A stretch of DNA of 32,000 bases from Buchnera aphidicola (Therioaphis trifolii) (GCF_005080705.1 NZ_CP032996.1:90001-122000); one strand, 5' to 3'. Shown: positions 8,297 through 19,626, counted from the first letter of the stretch. Numbers and translations: made by a program. The notes: a model not told the origin generated them from the letters alone.

Positions 8297-10366
8297 TTAT
8301 ATTTTAATAAGATTAATAATTATTAGAAATATATGTTTAATTTTTAATAATAATGTAATTCTATTTTTTTGAATTTCTTGAGAAGTATATTTAATAGAAT
8401 TTTTATTTAAAAAATTATTTATAAATTTATTAAATTGAAATAATAATTTAAATGCTTGTTTATATTTTCTTTTTTTATTTAATATTTTTAACATACAATC
8501 GTTATTGTTCATATTTATAAATAATTGTTTTTCTTCTTCATTTTGAATTAATTGATAATTTAAATGATTATTTTTTTCATTAATTTTTATTTTTTTAAGT
8601 AAATTAAATATTCTTTTATATGTAATAATTGTATTTTGAAAATTTATATTATTTTTTATTTTATGAATAGTTTTTAATAATATATCTATGTTTAATAAAT
8701 TATTTTTATGACATGAAAAAACTGATTTAATAACATTTATTTCATATTTTTTTTTATACCAAATATATAATCGATCTTTTATAAATTTTATAATTTTTTT
8801 TAAAATTTCTTTTTTAGGATATAAAAAATAATAAGTATTAATTGATTTTTTAATAATTTTGTAAATATTAATATTAATTTTTTTTTCTATTATAATTCGT
8901 ATTATTCCAATTGTTAATCTTCTTAAAAAAAATGGATCTTTATTATTTTTAGGGATTTTATTAATTAAAAATAATCCAACTATAGTATCAATTTTTTCAG
9001 TAATAGCCAAAGTACAACTTAATATATTTGAAGGTAATGTATCATTTGAAAAATTAGGTTTATATTGTTCTTTTATTGATAAAGCAATATCTTTTGATTC
9101 ATTATCTTTTAAGGCATAATACATACCAATAATACCTTTTAATTCTGGAAATTCATATGCCATATAAGTATTAAGATCACATTTTGATAAATAAGCTGCT
9201 TTTAATGATTCTTTTAAGTTAGATTTTGTATATTTTGAAACATATTTTATTAAATAAATTATTCTTTCTGATTTTTCTAACATAGTTCCTAATTTTTCAT
9301 GAAAAATAATTTTTTTTAATAGTGGAAAATATTCTTTTAATTTTATTTTATAATCTTGTTTCATAAAAAAGATTATATCTGAAAATTTAGAGTTTAAAAT
9401 AAATTCATTATCTAATATAATTTTTTCATTATTTTTAGAATTATTATTAGCGACAATAATAAAATAATTAGTTAATTTATTATTATATATATTATATATT
9501 GGAAAATATTTTTGTATTGATTTCATAATATATATTATTATTTCTTGTGGAATATTTAAAAAACTTTTTTCAAATTTTGCTAATAATATTTTTGGCCATT
9601 CTACTAAACAAGTAATTTCTTCTAATAAATTTTTACAGTATTGAATTTTACCTTTTATTTTAAATATTTTTTTTTGAATTTGATATTTAATTTTTTTTTT
9701 TCTAATATTAAATTTTGATATTACTTTACCTTTTTTATATAATAAATTTTCATATTCTTTTGCATGTTTAATTTTAATTTTTTTAAATTTTGTAAATATA
9801 TTTCCATATAAATATTTTTTAGAAGGAATTCCAAATTGATTAAATTTAATTAATTTATTATCTATTAATATAATAATATTTCGAATTGGTCGAATAAATT
9901 GTATATCATATTGATTCCATTTCATTTTTTTTGATGTATATATATTTTTAATAGTAAAAGTAATAATTTTTAATAAAATATTTTTTATAGATATGGTATT
10001 TTTTATATTTTCATATAATAACCATTTTCCTTTCTTATTACTTAATATTGTTGTATCTTTTAAATTAATATTAAATTTTTTTAACCATTTCAATGCTGGA
10101 GTAGTTATTTTACCATGAATATCAAAAGATTCTTTAATTGAAGGTCCTCGATATTTTTTTTTTTTTATAATTAATGATGTGTTTAATTTTTTGATTATAA
10201 TTGCAATTCTTCTTGGAGTATCAAATATATTTATTTTATAAAAATGAATTTTATATTTTTCAAGTTGAAATTTAATATTTTCATAAAATTGATTTGCAAT
10301 ATTTCTTATTTGTTTTGATGGAATTTCTTCAATATTTAATTCTACTAAACATGTTTTATAATTCAT
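8297..10366 (-). CDS. glyS: Glycine--tRNA ligase beta subunit
   Basis: 689 aa, the same length as E. coli GlyS. It lies immediately downstream of glyQ on the same strand. Starts M..KT.L.EL..EE.P with recognisable TPRR-A, GPS, DPF-LRR and MLEK blocks. The sequence is highly Lys/Ile/Asn-enriched but has no frameshift. Confidence 0.9.
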   Translation of the reverse strand: MNYKTCLVELNIEEIPSKQIRNIANQFYENIKFQLEKYKIHFYKINIFDTPRRIAIIIKKLNTSLIIKKKKYRGPSIKESFDIHGKITTPALKWLKKFNINLKDTTILSNKKGKWLLYENIKNTISIKNILLKIITFTIKNIYTSKKMKWNQYDIQFIRPIRNIIILIDNKLIKFNQFGIPSKKYLYGNIFTKFKKIKIKHAKEYENLLYKKGKVISKFNIRKKKIKYQIQKKIFKIKGKIQYCKNLLEEITCLVEWPKILLAKFEKSFLNIPQEIIIYIMKSIQKYFPIYNIYNNKLTNYFIIVANNNSKNNEKIILDNEFILNSKFSDIIFFMKQDYKIKLKEYFPLLKKIIFHEKLGTMLEKSERIIYLIKYVSKYTKSNLKESLKAAYLSKCDLNTYMAYEFPELKGIIGMYYALKDNESKDIALSIKEQYKPNFSNDTLPSNILSCTLAITEKIDTIVGLFLINKIPKNNKDPFFLRRLTIGIIRIIIEKKININIYKIIKKSINTYYFLYPKKEILKKIIKFIKDRLYIWYKKKYEINVIKSVFSCHKNNLLNIDILLKTIHKIKNNINFQNTIITYKRIFNLLKKIKINEKNNHLNYQLIQNEEEKQLFINMNNNDCMLKILNKKRKYKQAFKLLFQFNKFINNFLNKNSIKYTSQEIQKNRITLLLKIKHIFLIIINLIKI

Positions 10367-10391
10367 ATTTTATTATATATTATCCTTTTTT

Positions 10392-11282
10392 TTATAATAA
10401 TGTATTTTTTTCATTTTGATAATATTTTTTTGCAATTTTTGTTATTATAGATCTAATATTTAAAATATATTTTTGTCGTTCTGTACTAGAAATAATTTGT
10501 CTTGAATCTAATAAATTAAAATTATGTGTTGCATATAAAATATGTTCATAAGAGGGTATTATTAAAGGATTTTTTAATGATATTAATCTTTTTGCCTCAA
10601 ATAAATGTTGGTTAAATAATATTTTTAAAATTTCAATATTTGAATTTTGAAAATTATATAATGATTGCTGAATTTCATTATTTTGAAATAAATCTTTATA
10701 GTAAATTGTAAATTTTTTATTTTTATCCCAAATAATATCATATATATTATTTTTATTTTGAATATTCATAGCAATTCTTTCTAATCCATATGTTATTTCT
10801 ACAGAAATTGGATTACATTTTAATGATCCCATTTTTTGAAAATATGTAAATTGTGTAATTTCTATTCCGTTTAACCATACTTCCCATCCAATTCCCCAAG
10901 CACCTAATGTAGGATTTTCCCAATCATCTTCTATAAAACGTATATCATTTAATTGTATATTTATATTAATTTCATTTAATGATTTTAAATATATTTTTTG
11001 AATATTATGTGGTGCTGGTTTCATAATTACTTGAAATTGATAATATTGTTGTAATCTATTAGGATTATTTCCATATCTTCCATCTGTTGGTCTTCTAGAA
11101 TGTTGTAAATATGCCATTCGTAATGGTTTAGGATCAATAGATCTAAAAAAAGTACATTGATGAAATGTACCTGCACCTACTGGTATATCAATTGGTTGTA
11201 TAATTATGCAACCATATTTTGACCAAAATTTTTTTAATTTTTCAATTAAATCACAACATGTTAAAATATTTTCTATTTTCAT
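10392..11282 (-). CDS. glyQ: Glycine--tRNA ligase alpha subunit
   Basis: 296 aa with strong conservation ([77 protein letters not shown]). Confidence 0.96.
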   Translation of the reverse strand: MKIENILTCCDLIEKLKKFWSKYGCIIIQPIDIPVGAGTFHQCTFFRSIDPKPLRMAYLQHSRRPTDGRYGNNPNRLQQYYQFQVIMKPAPHNIQKIYLKSLNEININIQLNDIRFIEDDWENPTLGAWGIGWEVWLNGIEITQFTYFQKMGSLKCNPISVEITYGLERIAMNIQNKNNIYDIIWDKNKKFTIYYKDLFQNNEIQQSLYNFQNSNIEILKILFNQHLFEAKRLISLKNPLIIPSYEHILYATHNFNLLDSRQIISSTERQKYILNIRSIITKIAKKYYQNEKNTLL

Positions 11283-11471
11283 AATAATTATTTGTATTTA
11301 TAAAATAATATTTTATTTAATTTATTTTATTATTAATTATATTTTATATTATAATTAATAAAATTAATTATATTTTTATATTTTAAATTAAAATTATATA
11401 ATGATATTTTTATAAAAAAATTTTATTATATAATTTTAATTAAATATAAATATTTTTATTTGAGGTAGAGT

Positions 11472-11765
11472 GTGATTATAATTAATGGAGAAGAACGTTT
11501 AAAAATAGGAAAAAGTGCTAGTAGAAAATTAAGAAAAATTGATAATAAAATTCCTGGTATTATTTATGGTTTAAAAAAAAATATATTACATATATCTTTG
11601 GATCATGATGTTGTTTTCAATCTTCAAGAAAATGAAAAATTTTATACTGACCCTTTAATGTTAAGAATATTAGGTAAAAAATATTTAGTCTCTGTACAAT
11701 CTGTACAAAGACATTGTTTTAAAAAAAAAATATTACATATTGATTTTTTATATAAAAAACATTAA
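11472..11765 (+). CDS. rplY: 50S ribosomal protein L25
   Basis: 97 aa. The sequence ..INGEERLKIGKSASRKLRKIDNKIPGIIYG...VQRH...ILHIDF aligns with E. coli L25 (INAEVRKEQGKGASRRLR...PAIIYG...VQRHPYK.KLQHIDF). GTG start 11472 with a GAGG Shine-Dalgarno upstream. Confidence 0.9.
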   Translation: MIIINGEERLKIGKSASRKLRKIDNKIPGIIYGLKKNILHISLDHDVVFNLQENEKFYTDPLMLRILGKKYLVSVQSVQRHCFKKKILHIDFLYKKH

Positions 11766-11782
11766 TTTTATATAAAAATTTT

Positions 11783-11824
11783 GTCGGTACGTAATAATTT
11801 ATATGAAAAAATTTTCGTACCGAT
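11783..11824. terminator. GC-containing inverted repeat between convergent rplY and yabI (possible bidirectional terminator or RNA stem)
   Basis: TCGGTACG (11784-11791) / CGTACCGA (11816-11823) is a perfect 8-bp stem with an optional G.U closing pair 11783/11824 on the + strand. The loop is 24 nt and AT-only. There is no clean T-tract on either side, so termination activity is uncertain. Confidence 0.4.
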
Positions 11825-11868
11825 AAATAAAATAATTATATAATTAATAAAATTTAAAATAATATTTT

Positions 11869-12483
11869 TTATATTATTTTTTTTTTATATATTATCCATA
11901 CTATAAAAATAATTATTATTATACTTAATAAAATAGGTATTAAAAACCATAAAGGAAAACATTTTTTTATATATTCTGGATGATTTATTAATATTCCTGT
12001 AAATATTCCTGGTAAAAAATATAATATAGGCCATATTATACAACCCATAAAACTTGGTAATATAAATTTTTTTATTGGTATTTCAACCATTCCTGACATC
12101 ATAGGAATCAGTGGTCTAGTTGGTCCAATTAATTTTCCAAAAAAAATAGTAATCATACTATATTGATGTAATATTTTTTTTACTTTATTAAATAAAGTAA
12201 TATTTTTTTGAAATATGTTTATTGTATATATCCAGTTTTTAAATTTCCATCCAATATAATATGATAAATAATCACCTAAAGAACAAGTAATAATACTAGC
12301 AATCCATGCTGTATAAAGTGATAATTTCCCACTTCCAATAAGAGTACCTATTGTTGCCATTAAAACCATTCCTGGTAATACTAATCCTAATAATGCTAAT
12401 GATTCTAAAAATGTTACTATAATTACTAATAATAAAGGATGTGATGAAAACTGTGTCAACAAATATGATAACCAAGCCTTCAT
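11869..12483 (-). CDS. yabI: DedA-family inner-membrane protein (YabI-like)
   Basis: 204 aa. The sequence FLESLALLGLVLPGMVLMATIGTLIGSGKLSLYTAWIASIITCSLGDYLSYYIGWKFK ... GKLIGPTRPLIPMMSGM ... GCIIWPILYFLPGI matches my recollection of E. coli YabI closely. It is shorter than E. coli YabI at the C-terminus. Confidence 0.85.
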   Translation of the reverse strand: MKAWLSYLLTQFSSHPLLLVIIVTFLESLALLGLVLPGMVLMATIGTLIGSGKLSLYTAWIASIITCSLGDYLSYYIGWKFKNWIYTINIFQKNITLFNKVKKILHQYSMITIFFGKLIGPTRPLIPMMSGMVEIPIKKFILPSFMGCIIWPILYFLPGIFTGILINHPEYIKKCFPLWFLIPILLSIIIIIFIVWIIYKKKII

Positions 12484-12626
12484 AATTTCTCTTTTTAATA
12501 AATGAATATTTTATTTAATTTTTTAATTATTATATGATTTATTTATTTTAATTTATAAATATTATTATAATAATTATTATATAATAACATATTATTTTAT
12601 ATTTTAAAATTGGTATTTAAAAATAT

Positions 12627-13430
12627 ATGCATTGTATTTTATCAAAAAAATATACTCCTAAAAAATATTTAGGACAAAATTTTCTTCATGATAAAAATAT
12701 AATAGATAAAATTATTAATTTTATTAATCCAAAAAAAAAAGATACATTAATAGAAATTGGTCCTGGATTAGCAGCATTAACTAAACCAATATGTCATTTT
12801 GTTGATAAATTATTTGTTATTGAGTTAGATAAAGATATAATAATTTTATTAAAAAAATTTGATTTTTATAAAAAATTAATTGTTTTTAATATGAATGTTA
12901 TGCATTTTAATTTTCAAAAATTGTTTATTCAGGAAAATAATATATTAAGAATTTTTGGAAATATACCTTATAATATTTCTGTACAATTAATATTATATTT
13001 AATTCAATTTCAAAAGTATATTTTGGATATTAATTTTATGATTCAAAAAGAAGTAGCAGATCGATTAATTGCTAAACCAGGAAATAAATTATATGGTCGA
13101 TTAAGTATAATAACTCAATGTTATTATGATATTAATATAGGATTTAATATATTTTCAAAATCATTTTTTCCAATTCCAAAAGTGAATTCTAGTTTTATAA
13201 AAATGACTCCAAAATTAAAAGTATTATATCCATTAAATAAAATAAATTTTTTAAAAAAAATAACTTTTTTAGCTTTTAAAAAACGTAGAAAAATGTTAAA
13301 AAATAGTTTAATGGGTATTTGTGATGAAAATTCTTTATTAAATTTAAATATTAATCCTAATATTCGTGCAGAAAATGTATCAATATATGAATATTGTAAA
13401 CTTGCTGATTTTTTATATTCTTTGCAATAA
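12627..13430 (+). CDS. rsmA: 16S rRNA (adenine1518/1519-N6)-dimethyltransferase
   Basis: 267 aa with conserved blocks LGQNFLHD, EIGPGLAALT (SAM site), FGNIPYNIS, MIQKEVADRL, YGRLSI, PKV.S, FKKRRKMLKNSL and IRAENVS, as in E. coli KsgA. Confidence 0.94.
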   Translation: MHCILSKKYTPKKYLGQNFLHDKNIIDKIINFINPKKKDTLIEIGPGLAALTKPICHFVDKLFVIELDKDIIILLKKFDFYKKLIVFNMNVMHFNFQKLFIQENNILRIFGNIPYNISVQLILYLIQFQKYILDINFMIQKEVADRLIAKPGNKLYGRLSIITQCYYDINIGFNIFSKSFFPIPKVNSSFIKMTPKLKVLYPLNKINFLKKITFLAFKKRRKMLKNSLMGICDENSLLNLNINPNIRAENVSIYEYCKLADFLYSLQ

Positions 13431-13475
13431 TTTTTATTATTTTATATTTTATTTAAAAAAAATAAGGATTTTAAT

Positions 13476-14291
13476 ATGAGTACATATTTAATTAGTGATA
13501 TTCATGGATGTTTTAAACAATTAGAACTTTTATTAAAAAAAGTTCAATTTAATTCTCAATATGATATTTTATTAGTTGCTGGTGATTTAATTGGAAGAGG
13601 TCCAAATTCTTTAGAAGTTTTGTTATATTTAAAATCTTTAGGAAATAATATAAAAATAGTTTTAGGTAATCATGATTTAAAAGCATTATTAATATATTAT
13701 GGTTTTAAAAAGAATAATATACAAGATAATTTAGATAATTTGTTTAAATCTCAATATGTAAATCAATTAATGGATTGGTTAAGAAAACAACCTGTTTTTT
13801 ATATTGATAAAAATAAAAAAATTATTATTACTCATGCTGGAATATATCCATATTGGAATTTAAAAGAATTAAAATATTTTTCAAAAAAAATACATTTATA
13901 TTTATCATCACATAATTTTTTAAATTTTTTAAAAGAAATAATAAATTTTGATTCTTATACTGTATGGAATAAAAAATTAAATATATTTGATCAATTAAAA
14001 TTTGGTATTAATATATTTACAAAAATGCGTTATTTATCTTATGATAAATCATTAAATTTAAATTATAAAGATGCTCCTTCTTATAAATCTGAATTAAAAA
14101 AATTAAAACCCTGGTTTTTTTTTAAAAATTCTATCAATAAAAAATATTCTATTTTTTTTGGTCATTGGGCATCTTTAACTGGAATTATTAATACATATAA
14201 AAATATTGTACTTTTAGATAGTGGATGTTGTTGGGGTAAATATTTAAGTATATTTCGATGGGATGATAAAAAATGGTTTAAACAAAAATAA
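13476..14291 (+). CDS. apaH: Bis(5'-nucleosyl)-tetraphosphatase, symmetrical (Ap4A hydrolase)
   Basis: 271 aa with the metallophosphoesterase motifs of ApaH (YLISDIHGC, GDLIGRGP, LGNHD, THAG, GHWA). It follows rsmA as in the E. coli ksgA-apaG-apaH operon, minus apaG. Confidence 0.92.
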   Translation: MSTYLISDIHGCFKQLELLLKKVQFNSQYDILLVAGDLIGRGPNSLEVLLYLKSLGNNIKIVLGNHDLKALLIYYGFKKNNIQDNLDNLFKSQYVNQLMDWLRKQPVFYIDKNKKIIITHAGIYPYWNLKELKYFSKKIHLYLSSHNFLNFLKEIINFDSYTVWNKKLNIFDQLKFGINIFTKMRYLSYDKSLNLNYKDAPSYKSELKKLKPWFFFKNSINKKYSIFFGHWASLTGIINTYKNIVLLDSGCCWGKYLSIFRWDDKKWFKQK

Positions 14292-14343
14292 AAAAATATT
14301 TATGTGTAATGTTTTTTAAAAAAATTATTTATTTTTTTCATAT

Positions 14344-17300
14344 TTATATTATTTTATTTTTTATTTTTTGTAATTTTATAATTTTTTCATATGGATTAAT
14401 ATTTAATGACATAATTGTAGCAAATGCAGCATTAATTGTAGTATCATAATGAATATTATTTTCTAATGCAATAGATCTAATTTGAGAATAATGTTTATTA
14501 TTTTTATTTTCACTTGTAGTATCTATAATATAAGAATATTCTTTATTTTTTAAGTGATCTTTAATATTTGGTCTACCTTCATTAATATTATTAATAATTC
14601 GAGAAAATATTCCATAATTTTTAAAGTAATGATATGTTTCTTCTGTTGTATCTATTTTAAAACCTAATTGTATTAATAATACTGTTAAGTTAGTAATATG
14701 TTTTTTATCTTTTTTTGATATTGATAATAATATTCTATTTTTTTTTTGAATTTTTGTTTTTATATTTGCCATTATTTTTGAAAAAGCATCATAAAATGTT
14801 TTTCCAATACCCATTATTTCTCCTGTTGATTTCATCTCTGGACCTAAAATTGGATCAACTCCTGGAAATTTATTAAATGGTAATATAGCTTCTTTAACAG
14901 AAAAATATGATATTTTATTTTTAATATCATAATATTTTTGTTTTTTTAATGTTTTCCCTATCATAACCTTAGCTGCAATTTTTGCTAATGGTATTCCTGT
15001 TGCCTTTGATACAAAAGGAATAGTTCGAGATGCTCTTGGATTAACTTCAAGAATATATATTTGATCTTTTTGAACAGCAATTTGTATATTCATTAATCCT
15101 TTTATTGATAAAGAGAAAGCTAATTTTTTAACTTGTTTTTTAATTTTATTTTTTATATTTTTATCTAATGTATATGTTGGTAAGGAACATGAAGAATCTC
15201 CTGAATGAATTCCTGCTTGTTCAATATGTTCCATAATTCCTCCAATTAATACATGTTTTGAATCACAAATAATATCAACATCAATTTCTGTTGCGTTTTC
15301 TAAATATTGATCTAATAGTATTGGGTTTTCTTTAGAAGGTTTTAATATTTCATGAAAATATTGTTTTAAATGATTTTCATTATATACAATTTTCATATAT
15401 CTTCCACCTAATACATAAGAAGGTCTTACCATAATTGGATATTTAATAATATTTGCTTGTAATATTGCTGATTTTATTGTATTAATAGTAGCATTTTTAG
15501 GTTGTTTTAATCCTAATGATGATACAATTTCTTGAAATTGATATCTATCTTCTGCTTTATGAATATTATTAGGATCAGTACCAATAATTGGTACATTAAA
15601 TTTTTTTAATTTTTTAGCTAACTTTAATGGAGTTTGTCCACCATATTGTATAATTACTCCTAATGGATTTTCGATATGAGTAATTTCTAATATATTTTCT
15701 AATGTAATAGGTTCAAAATATAATCTATCAGACGTATCATAATCAGTAGAAACTGTTTCAGGATTACAATTTATCATAATAGTTTCAAATCCTTCTTCTT
15801 TTAATGCTTGAGCAGCATGTACACAACAATAATCAAATTCTATTCCTTGTCCAATACGATTTGGTCCTCCACCTAAAATTATAATTTTATTATTTTTATT
15901 ATTTGGTTTACATTCACATTCTTCTCCCCAAGTAGAATACATATATGCTGTTTCAGTATGAAATTCTGCAGCACAAGTATCAATTCTTTTATATATAGGA
16001 TGTAAATTAAAATTATATCGTATTATTCTAATATCATTTTCTGAAATATTCATTAAAATAGAAATTCTTAAATCTGAAAATCCTTTTTTTTTTATTTTTT
16101 TTAAAAATTCATAATTTATATTATAAATATTCTTTTTTTTAATCTTTTCTTCTATATTAATAATATCTTGAATATGTTTTAAAAACCATGGATCAATATA
16201 TGTTAATTTATGTATATATTCTATAGATTTACCCATTCTAAATGCATCTGCTATATACCATAATCGATCTGAACCAGGATTTTTTAATTCATATTTTATT
16301 TTTTTAATACTTTTAGTATTATTAATATTTATTTTTGAATCAAATCCACTAGAATTTATTTCTAATCCATGCATTGCTTTTTGTATAGATTCTTGAAATG
16401 TTGTCCCAATAGCCATGACTTCACCAACAGATTTCATTTGAGTAGTTAATCGATCGTTACAACCTAAAAATTTTTCAAAATTAAATCTTGGTATTTTAGT
16501 AACAACATAATCTATAGTAGGTTCAAAAGAAGCAGGAATATTTGATTTAGTAATATCATTTTTTAATTCATTTAAAGTATAACCAATAGCAAGTTTAGCT
16601 GCAATTTTAGCAATAGGAAATCCAGTTGCTTTAGATGCTAAAGCTGATGATCGAGAAACTCTAGGATTCATTTCGATAACTAACATACGTCCATTTTTAG
16701 GATTTATTGCAAATTGTACATTAGATCCTCCTGTTTCTACACCAATTTCTTCTAAAATTTTTATAGATGCATTTCTCATATTTTGATATTCTTGATCAGT
16801 TAAAGTTTGTGCTGGAGCTACTGTAATTGAATCACCTGTATGTATTCCCATTGGATCAATATTTTCAATACTACATACTATAATACAATTATTATTACAA
16901 TCTCGAACTACTTCCATTTCATATTCTTTCCAACCTATTAAAGATTCATCAATTAATAATTCTTGTTGTGGAGATAAGTCAAATCCTTTCTTACATATTT
17001 TTTGAAATTCTTCATAATTATATGCAATACCTCCACCTGTTCCTCCCATTGTAAATGATGGACGAATAATACAAGGAAAACCAATTTTTTTAGAAAATTT
17101 TAATGCATCTTTAATATTATTAACAATTTTACATTTTGCTGTTTGTAATCCAATTTTTTCTATTGATTTTTTAAATAAATTTCTATCTTCTGATTTTTTA
17201 ATAGCATCAATACTAGCACCTATAATTTTTACTTTATAATCTGATAAAATATTTTTTTTATATAATTCTAATGTACAATTTAATGCAACCTGTCCTCCCA

Positions 17301-17568
17301 TAGTTGGTAATATTGCATCTGGTTTTTCTTTTTGAATTATTTTTTTAATAATTTTCCAATGAATTGGTTCAATATATGTAGAATCTGCTAATTCAGAATC
17401 AGTCATGATTGTTGCAGGATTAGAATTTACTAAAATAATTTTATAACCTTCTGCTTTTAATGCTTTACATGCTTGAGTTCCAGAATAATCAAATTCACAT
17501 GCTTGTCCAATAATAATTGGACCTGCTCCAATAATTAAAATAGATTTAATATCAGTACGTTTTGGCAT
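14344..17568 (-). CDS. carB: Carbamoyl-phosphate synthase large subunit
   Basis: 1074 aa (E. coli 1073), starting [37 protein letters not shown]. Both ATP-grasp halves are conserved (NVQFA..P..G...[25 protein letters not shown]; the second copy is [24 protein letters not shown]). Confidence 0.97.
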   Translation of the reverse strand: MPKRTDIKSILIIGAGPIIIGQACEFDYSGTQACKALKAEGYKIILVNSNPATIMTDSELADSTYIEPIHWKIIKKIIQKEKPDAILPTMGGQVALNCTLELYKKNILSDYKVKIIGASIDAIKKSEDRNLFKKSIEKIGLQTAKCKIVNNIKDALKFSKKIGFPCIIRPSFTMGGTGGGIAYNYEEFQKICKKGFDLSPQQELLIDESLIGWKEYEMEVVRDCNNNCIIVCSIENIDPMGIHTGDSITVAPAQTLTDQEYQNMRNASIKILEEIGVETGGSNVQFAINPKNGRMLVIEMNPRVSRSSALASKATGFPIAKIAAKLAIGYTLNELKNDITKSNIPASFEPTIDYVVTKIPRFNFEKFLGCNDRLTTQMKSVGEVMAIGTTFQESIQKAMHGLEINSSGFDSKININNTKSIKKIKYELKNPGSDRLWYIADAFRMGKSIEYIHKLTYIDPWFLKHIQDIINIEEKIKKKNIYNINYEFLKKIKKKGFSDLRISILMNISENDIRIIRYNFNLHPIYKRIDTCAAEFHTETAYMYSTWGEECECKPNNKNNKIIILGGGPNRIGQGIEFDYCCVHAAQALKEEGFETIMINCNPETVSTDYDTSDRLYFEPITLENILEITHIENPLGVIIQYGGQTPLKLAKKLKKFNVPIIGTDPNNIHKAEDRYQFQEIVSSLGLKQPKNATINTIKSAILQANIIKYPIMVRPSYVLGGRYMKIVYNENHLKQYFHEILKPSKENPILLDQYLENATEIDVDIICDSKHVLIGGIMEHIEQAGIHSGDSSCSLPTYTLDKNIKNKIKKQVKKLAFSLSIKGLMNIQIAVQKDQIYILEVNPRASRTIPFVSKATGIPLAKIAAKVMIGKTLKKQKYYDIKNKISYFSVKEAILPFNKFPGVDPILGPEMKSTGEIMGIGKTFYDAFSKIMANIKTKIQKKNRILLSISKKDKKHITNLTVLLIQLGFKIDTTEETYHYFKNYGIFSRIINNINEGRPNIKDHLKNKEYSYIIDTTSENKNNKHYSQIRSIALENNIHYDTTINAAFATIMSLNINPYEKIIKLQKIKNKII

Positions 17569-17581
17569 TTTTATTCCTATA

Positions 17582-18727
17582 TTATTTTTTTTGATTTTTT
17601 TTTATATTTTTAATAAATTTTTTAAATAATTTTTCTGAGTCTTTTGGTCCTGGATTCGCTTCTGGATGTCCTTGAAAACCAAAAGCATTAGTATTAATAA
17701 TTTTTATTCCTTGTATAGTATTATCAAATAATGATTTATGTGTTACTTTAATATTTTTTGGTAAATTTATTGGATCAATAGTAAAATTATGATTTTGACT
17801 TGTAATCATTACTTTTTTTGTTTTTAAATTTTGAACTGGATGATTACTTCCATGATGTCCAAATTTCATTTTTAAAATTTTTGCATTATTCGATAATGCT
17901 AATAATTGATGTCCTAAACAAATTCCAAAAATTGGTATTTTAGTTTTTAATAATATTTTTATATTATTAATAATTTTAATACATGACCTAGGGTCACCTG
18001 GACCGTTAGATAATACAATTCCATGTGGTTTTAATGATATTACTTTTTCAGCTGATGTTTCTGCTGGAATGATAGTTATTTTACATCCATACTTAATAAG
18101 TAATTCTAATATATTTTTTTTTACTCCAAAATCATATACAATAATATTAAATAACGTTTTTTTTTTATTAAATTTCATTATATAATTTTTATTGTTTTTT
18201 GATTTCCAAGAATAAATATTTTGTGTACTAATTTTTTTTACTATATTTTCTGTTAATTGATATTTTTTTTTTTTAATATATTTATATGCTGTATTAATAT
18301 TAATATTTGAATCACTTAATATACATCCAAATTGGATTCCTTTGTTTCTGATTATTTTTGTTAATTTTCTTGTATCAATATTCATAATTCCTATAATATT
18401 ATTATTTTTTAAATATTTAGATAAAGTAATATTATTTTCATAATGGCTTGATATTAAAGCAAGATTATTAATAATTACACTTTTGACTTGTATTTTATTA
18501 GATTCATTATCTATATTATTAATTCCTGTATTACCAATATGTGGATATGTAAATGTAATTATTTGATTGTTATATGAAGGATCGGTCAATATTTCTTGAT
18601 ATCCAGTCATTGAAGTATTAAATACAATTTCACCAACAGTAATTCCTTTTCTTCCAATTTTTATACCTTTAAAAATAGTTTTATCTTCTAAAATTAAAAA
18701 TGCATGTTCTTTCAATTTTTTCTCCAA
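17582..18727 (-). CDS. carA: Carbamoyl-phosphate synthase small (glutaminase) subunit
   Basis: 381 aa. Contains [17 protein letters not shown], the triad motifs GICLGHQLL (Cys) and FQGHPEA (His/Glu), and SNGPGDP. It lies 13 nt upstream of carB. Confidence 0.96.
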   Translation of the reverse strand: MEKKLKEHAFLILEDKTIFKGIKIGRKGITVGEIVFNTSMTGYQEILTDPSYNNQIITFTYPHIGNTGINNIDNESNKIQVKSVIINNLALISSHYENNITLSKYLKNNNIIGIMNIDTRKLTKIIRNKGIQFGCILSDSNININTAYKYIKKKKYQLTENIVKKISTQNIYSWKSKNNKNYIMKFNKKKTLFNIIVYDFGVKKNILELLIKYGCKITIIPAETSAEKVISLKPHGIVLSNGPGDPRSCIKIINNIKILLKTKIPIFGICLGHQLLALSNNAKILKMKFGHHGSNHPVQNLKTKKVMITSQNHNFTIDPINLPKNIKVTHKSLFDNTIQGIKIINTNAFGFQGHPEANPGPKDSEKLFKKFIKNIKKNQKK

Positions 18728-18837
18728 AATGAATAAAATTTATTTTTATAACTATATTTTTAATATTTTTTAATTTATTTATTATAAAAATATAATCTAT
18801 AATTTTATAAATTATATTTTTAAGTGTAATTTTGTTT

Positions 18838-19626
18838 TTATATTTTTAAAACATGTTTCATATTAAATAATCCTTGTTTTTTATCTTTTAACCATATAGC
18901 TGCTTTTATAGCACCATCTGAAAATGTATTTCGGCTATTTGCTTGATGAGATATTACAATATTTTCTTCAGATCCTAAAAACATAATTTTATGTTTACCA
19001 ATTGTATTTCCTCCTCGAATTATTGAAAATCCGATTTGATTTTTTTTTCTAATATTAGTTATTTCTTTTTTTCTGTATATACTACATTTTTCAAAATTCC
19101 ATTTTTTATTTTTTGCAATAATTTTACCTATACTTAAAGCAGTACCTGAAGGAGAATCTATTTTATTTCTATGATGTGATTCTAAAATTTCAACATCATA
19201 AGAATCATTTAAAATTTTTGATGTATGTTTTAGTAATTCAAAAATTAAATTAATTCCAATACTAAAATTTGAAGAAAGTACAATACTTATTTTTTTTGAA
19301 TGTTTTTTAATAATATCATATTCTTGTTTTTTAAAACCTGTAGTTCCAATAACAATATTTTTATTATATTGTGCACAAATTTTTAAATTTTTTAATGTTG
19401 ATTCAGGATTCGTAAAATCTATTAATATATCAAATAAATTTATTGTTTCTTTTATATTTTCATAAATTTTAATTTTTTTTTCTTTTATATTAAAAAGATC
19501 TTTTTTTTTTTGTTTTACAATTACACAAGCTAATTTAATATTTTTATATTTTTGTATTGTTTTTATTAAACTGGAACCCATACGTCCATATGCTCCAGTA
19601 ATTGCTATTTTAATTATATTTTTCAT
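18838..19626 (-). CDS. dapB: 4-hydroxy-tetrahydrodipicolinate reductase
   Basis: 262 aa with the GAYGRMG dinucleotide-binding motif, DFT.PE, IGTTGF, E.HH..K.DSPSGTA and the characteristic C-terminus. Confidence 0.93.
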   Translation of the reverse strand: MKNIIKIAITGAYGRMGSSLIKTIQKYKNIKLACVIVKQKKKDLFNIKEKKIKIYENIKETINLFDILIDFTNPESTLKNLKICAQYNKNIVIGTTGFKKQEYDIIKKHSKKISIVLSSNFSIGINLIFELLKHTSKILNDSYDVEILESHHRNKIDSPSGTALSIGKIIAKNKKWNFEKCSIYRKKEITNIRKKNQIGFSIIRGGNTIGKHKIMFLGSEENIVISHQANSRNTFSDGAIKAAIWLKDKKQGLFNMKHVLKI

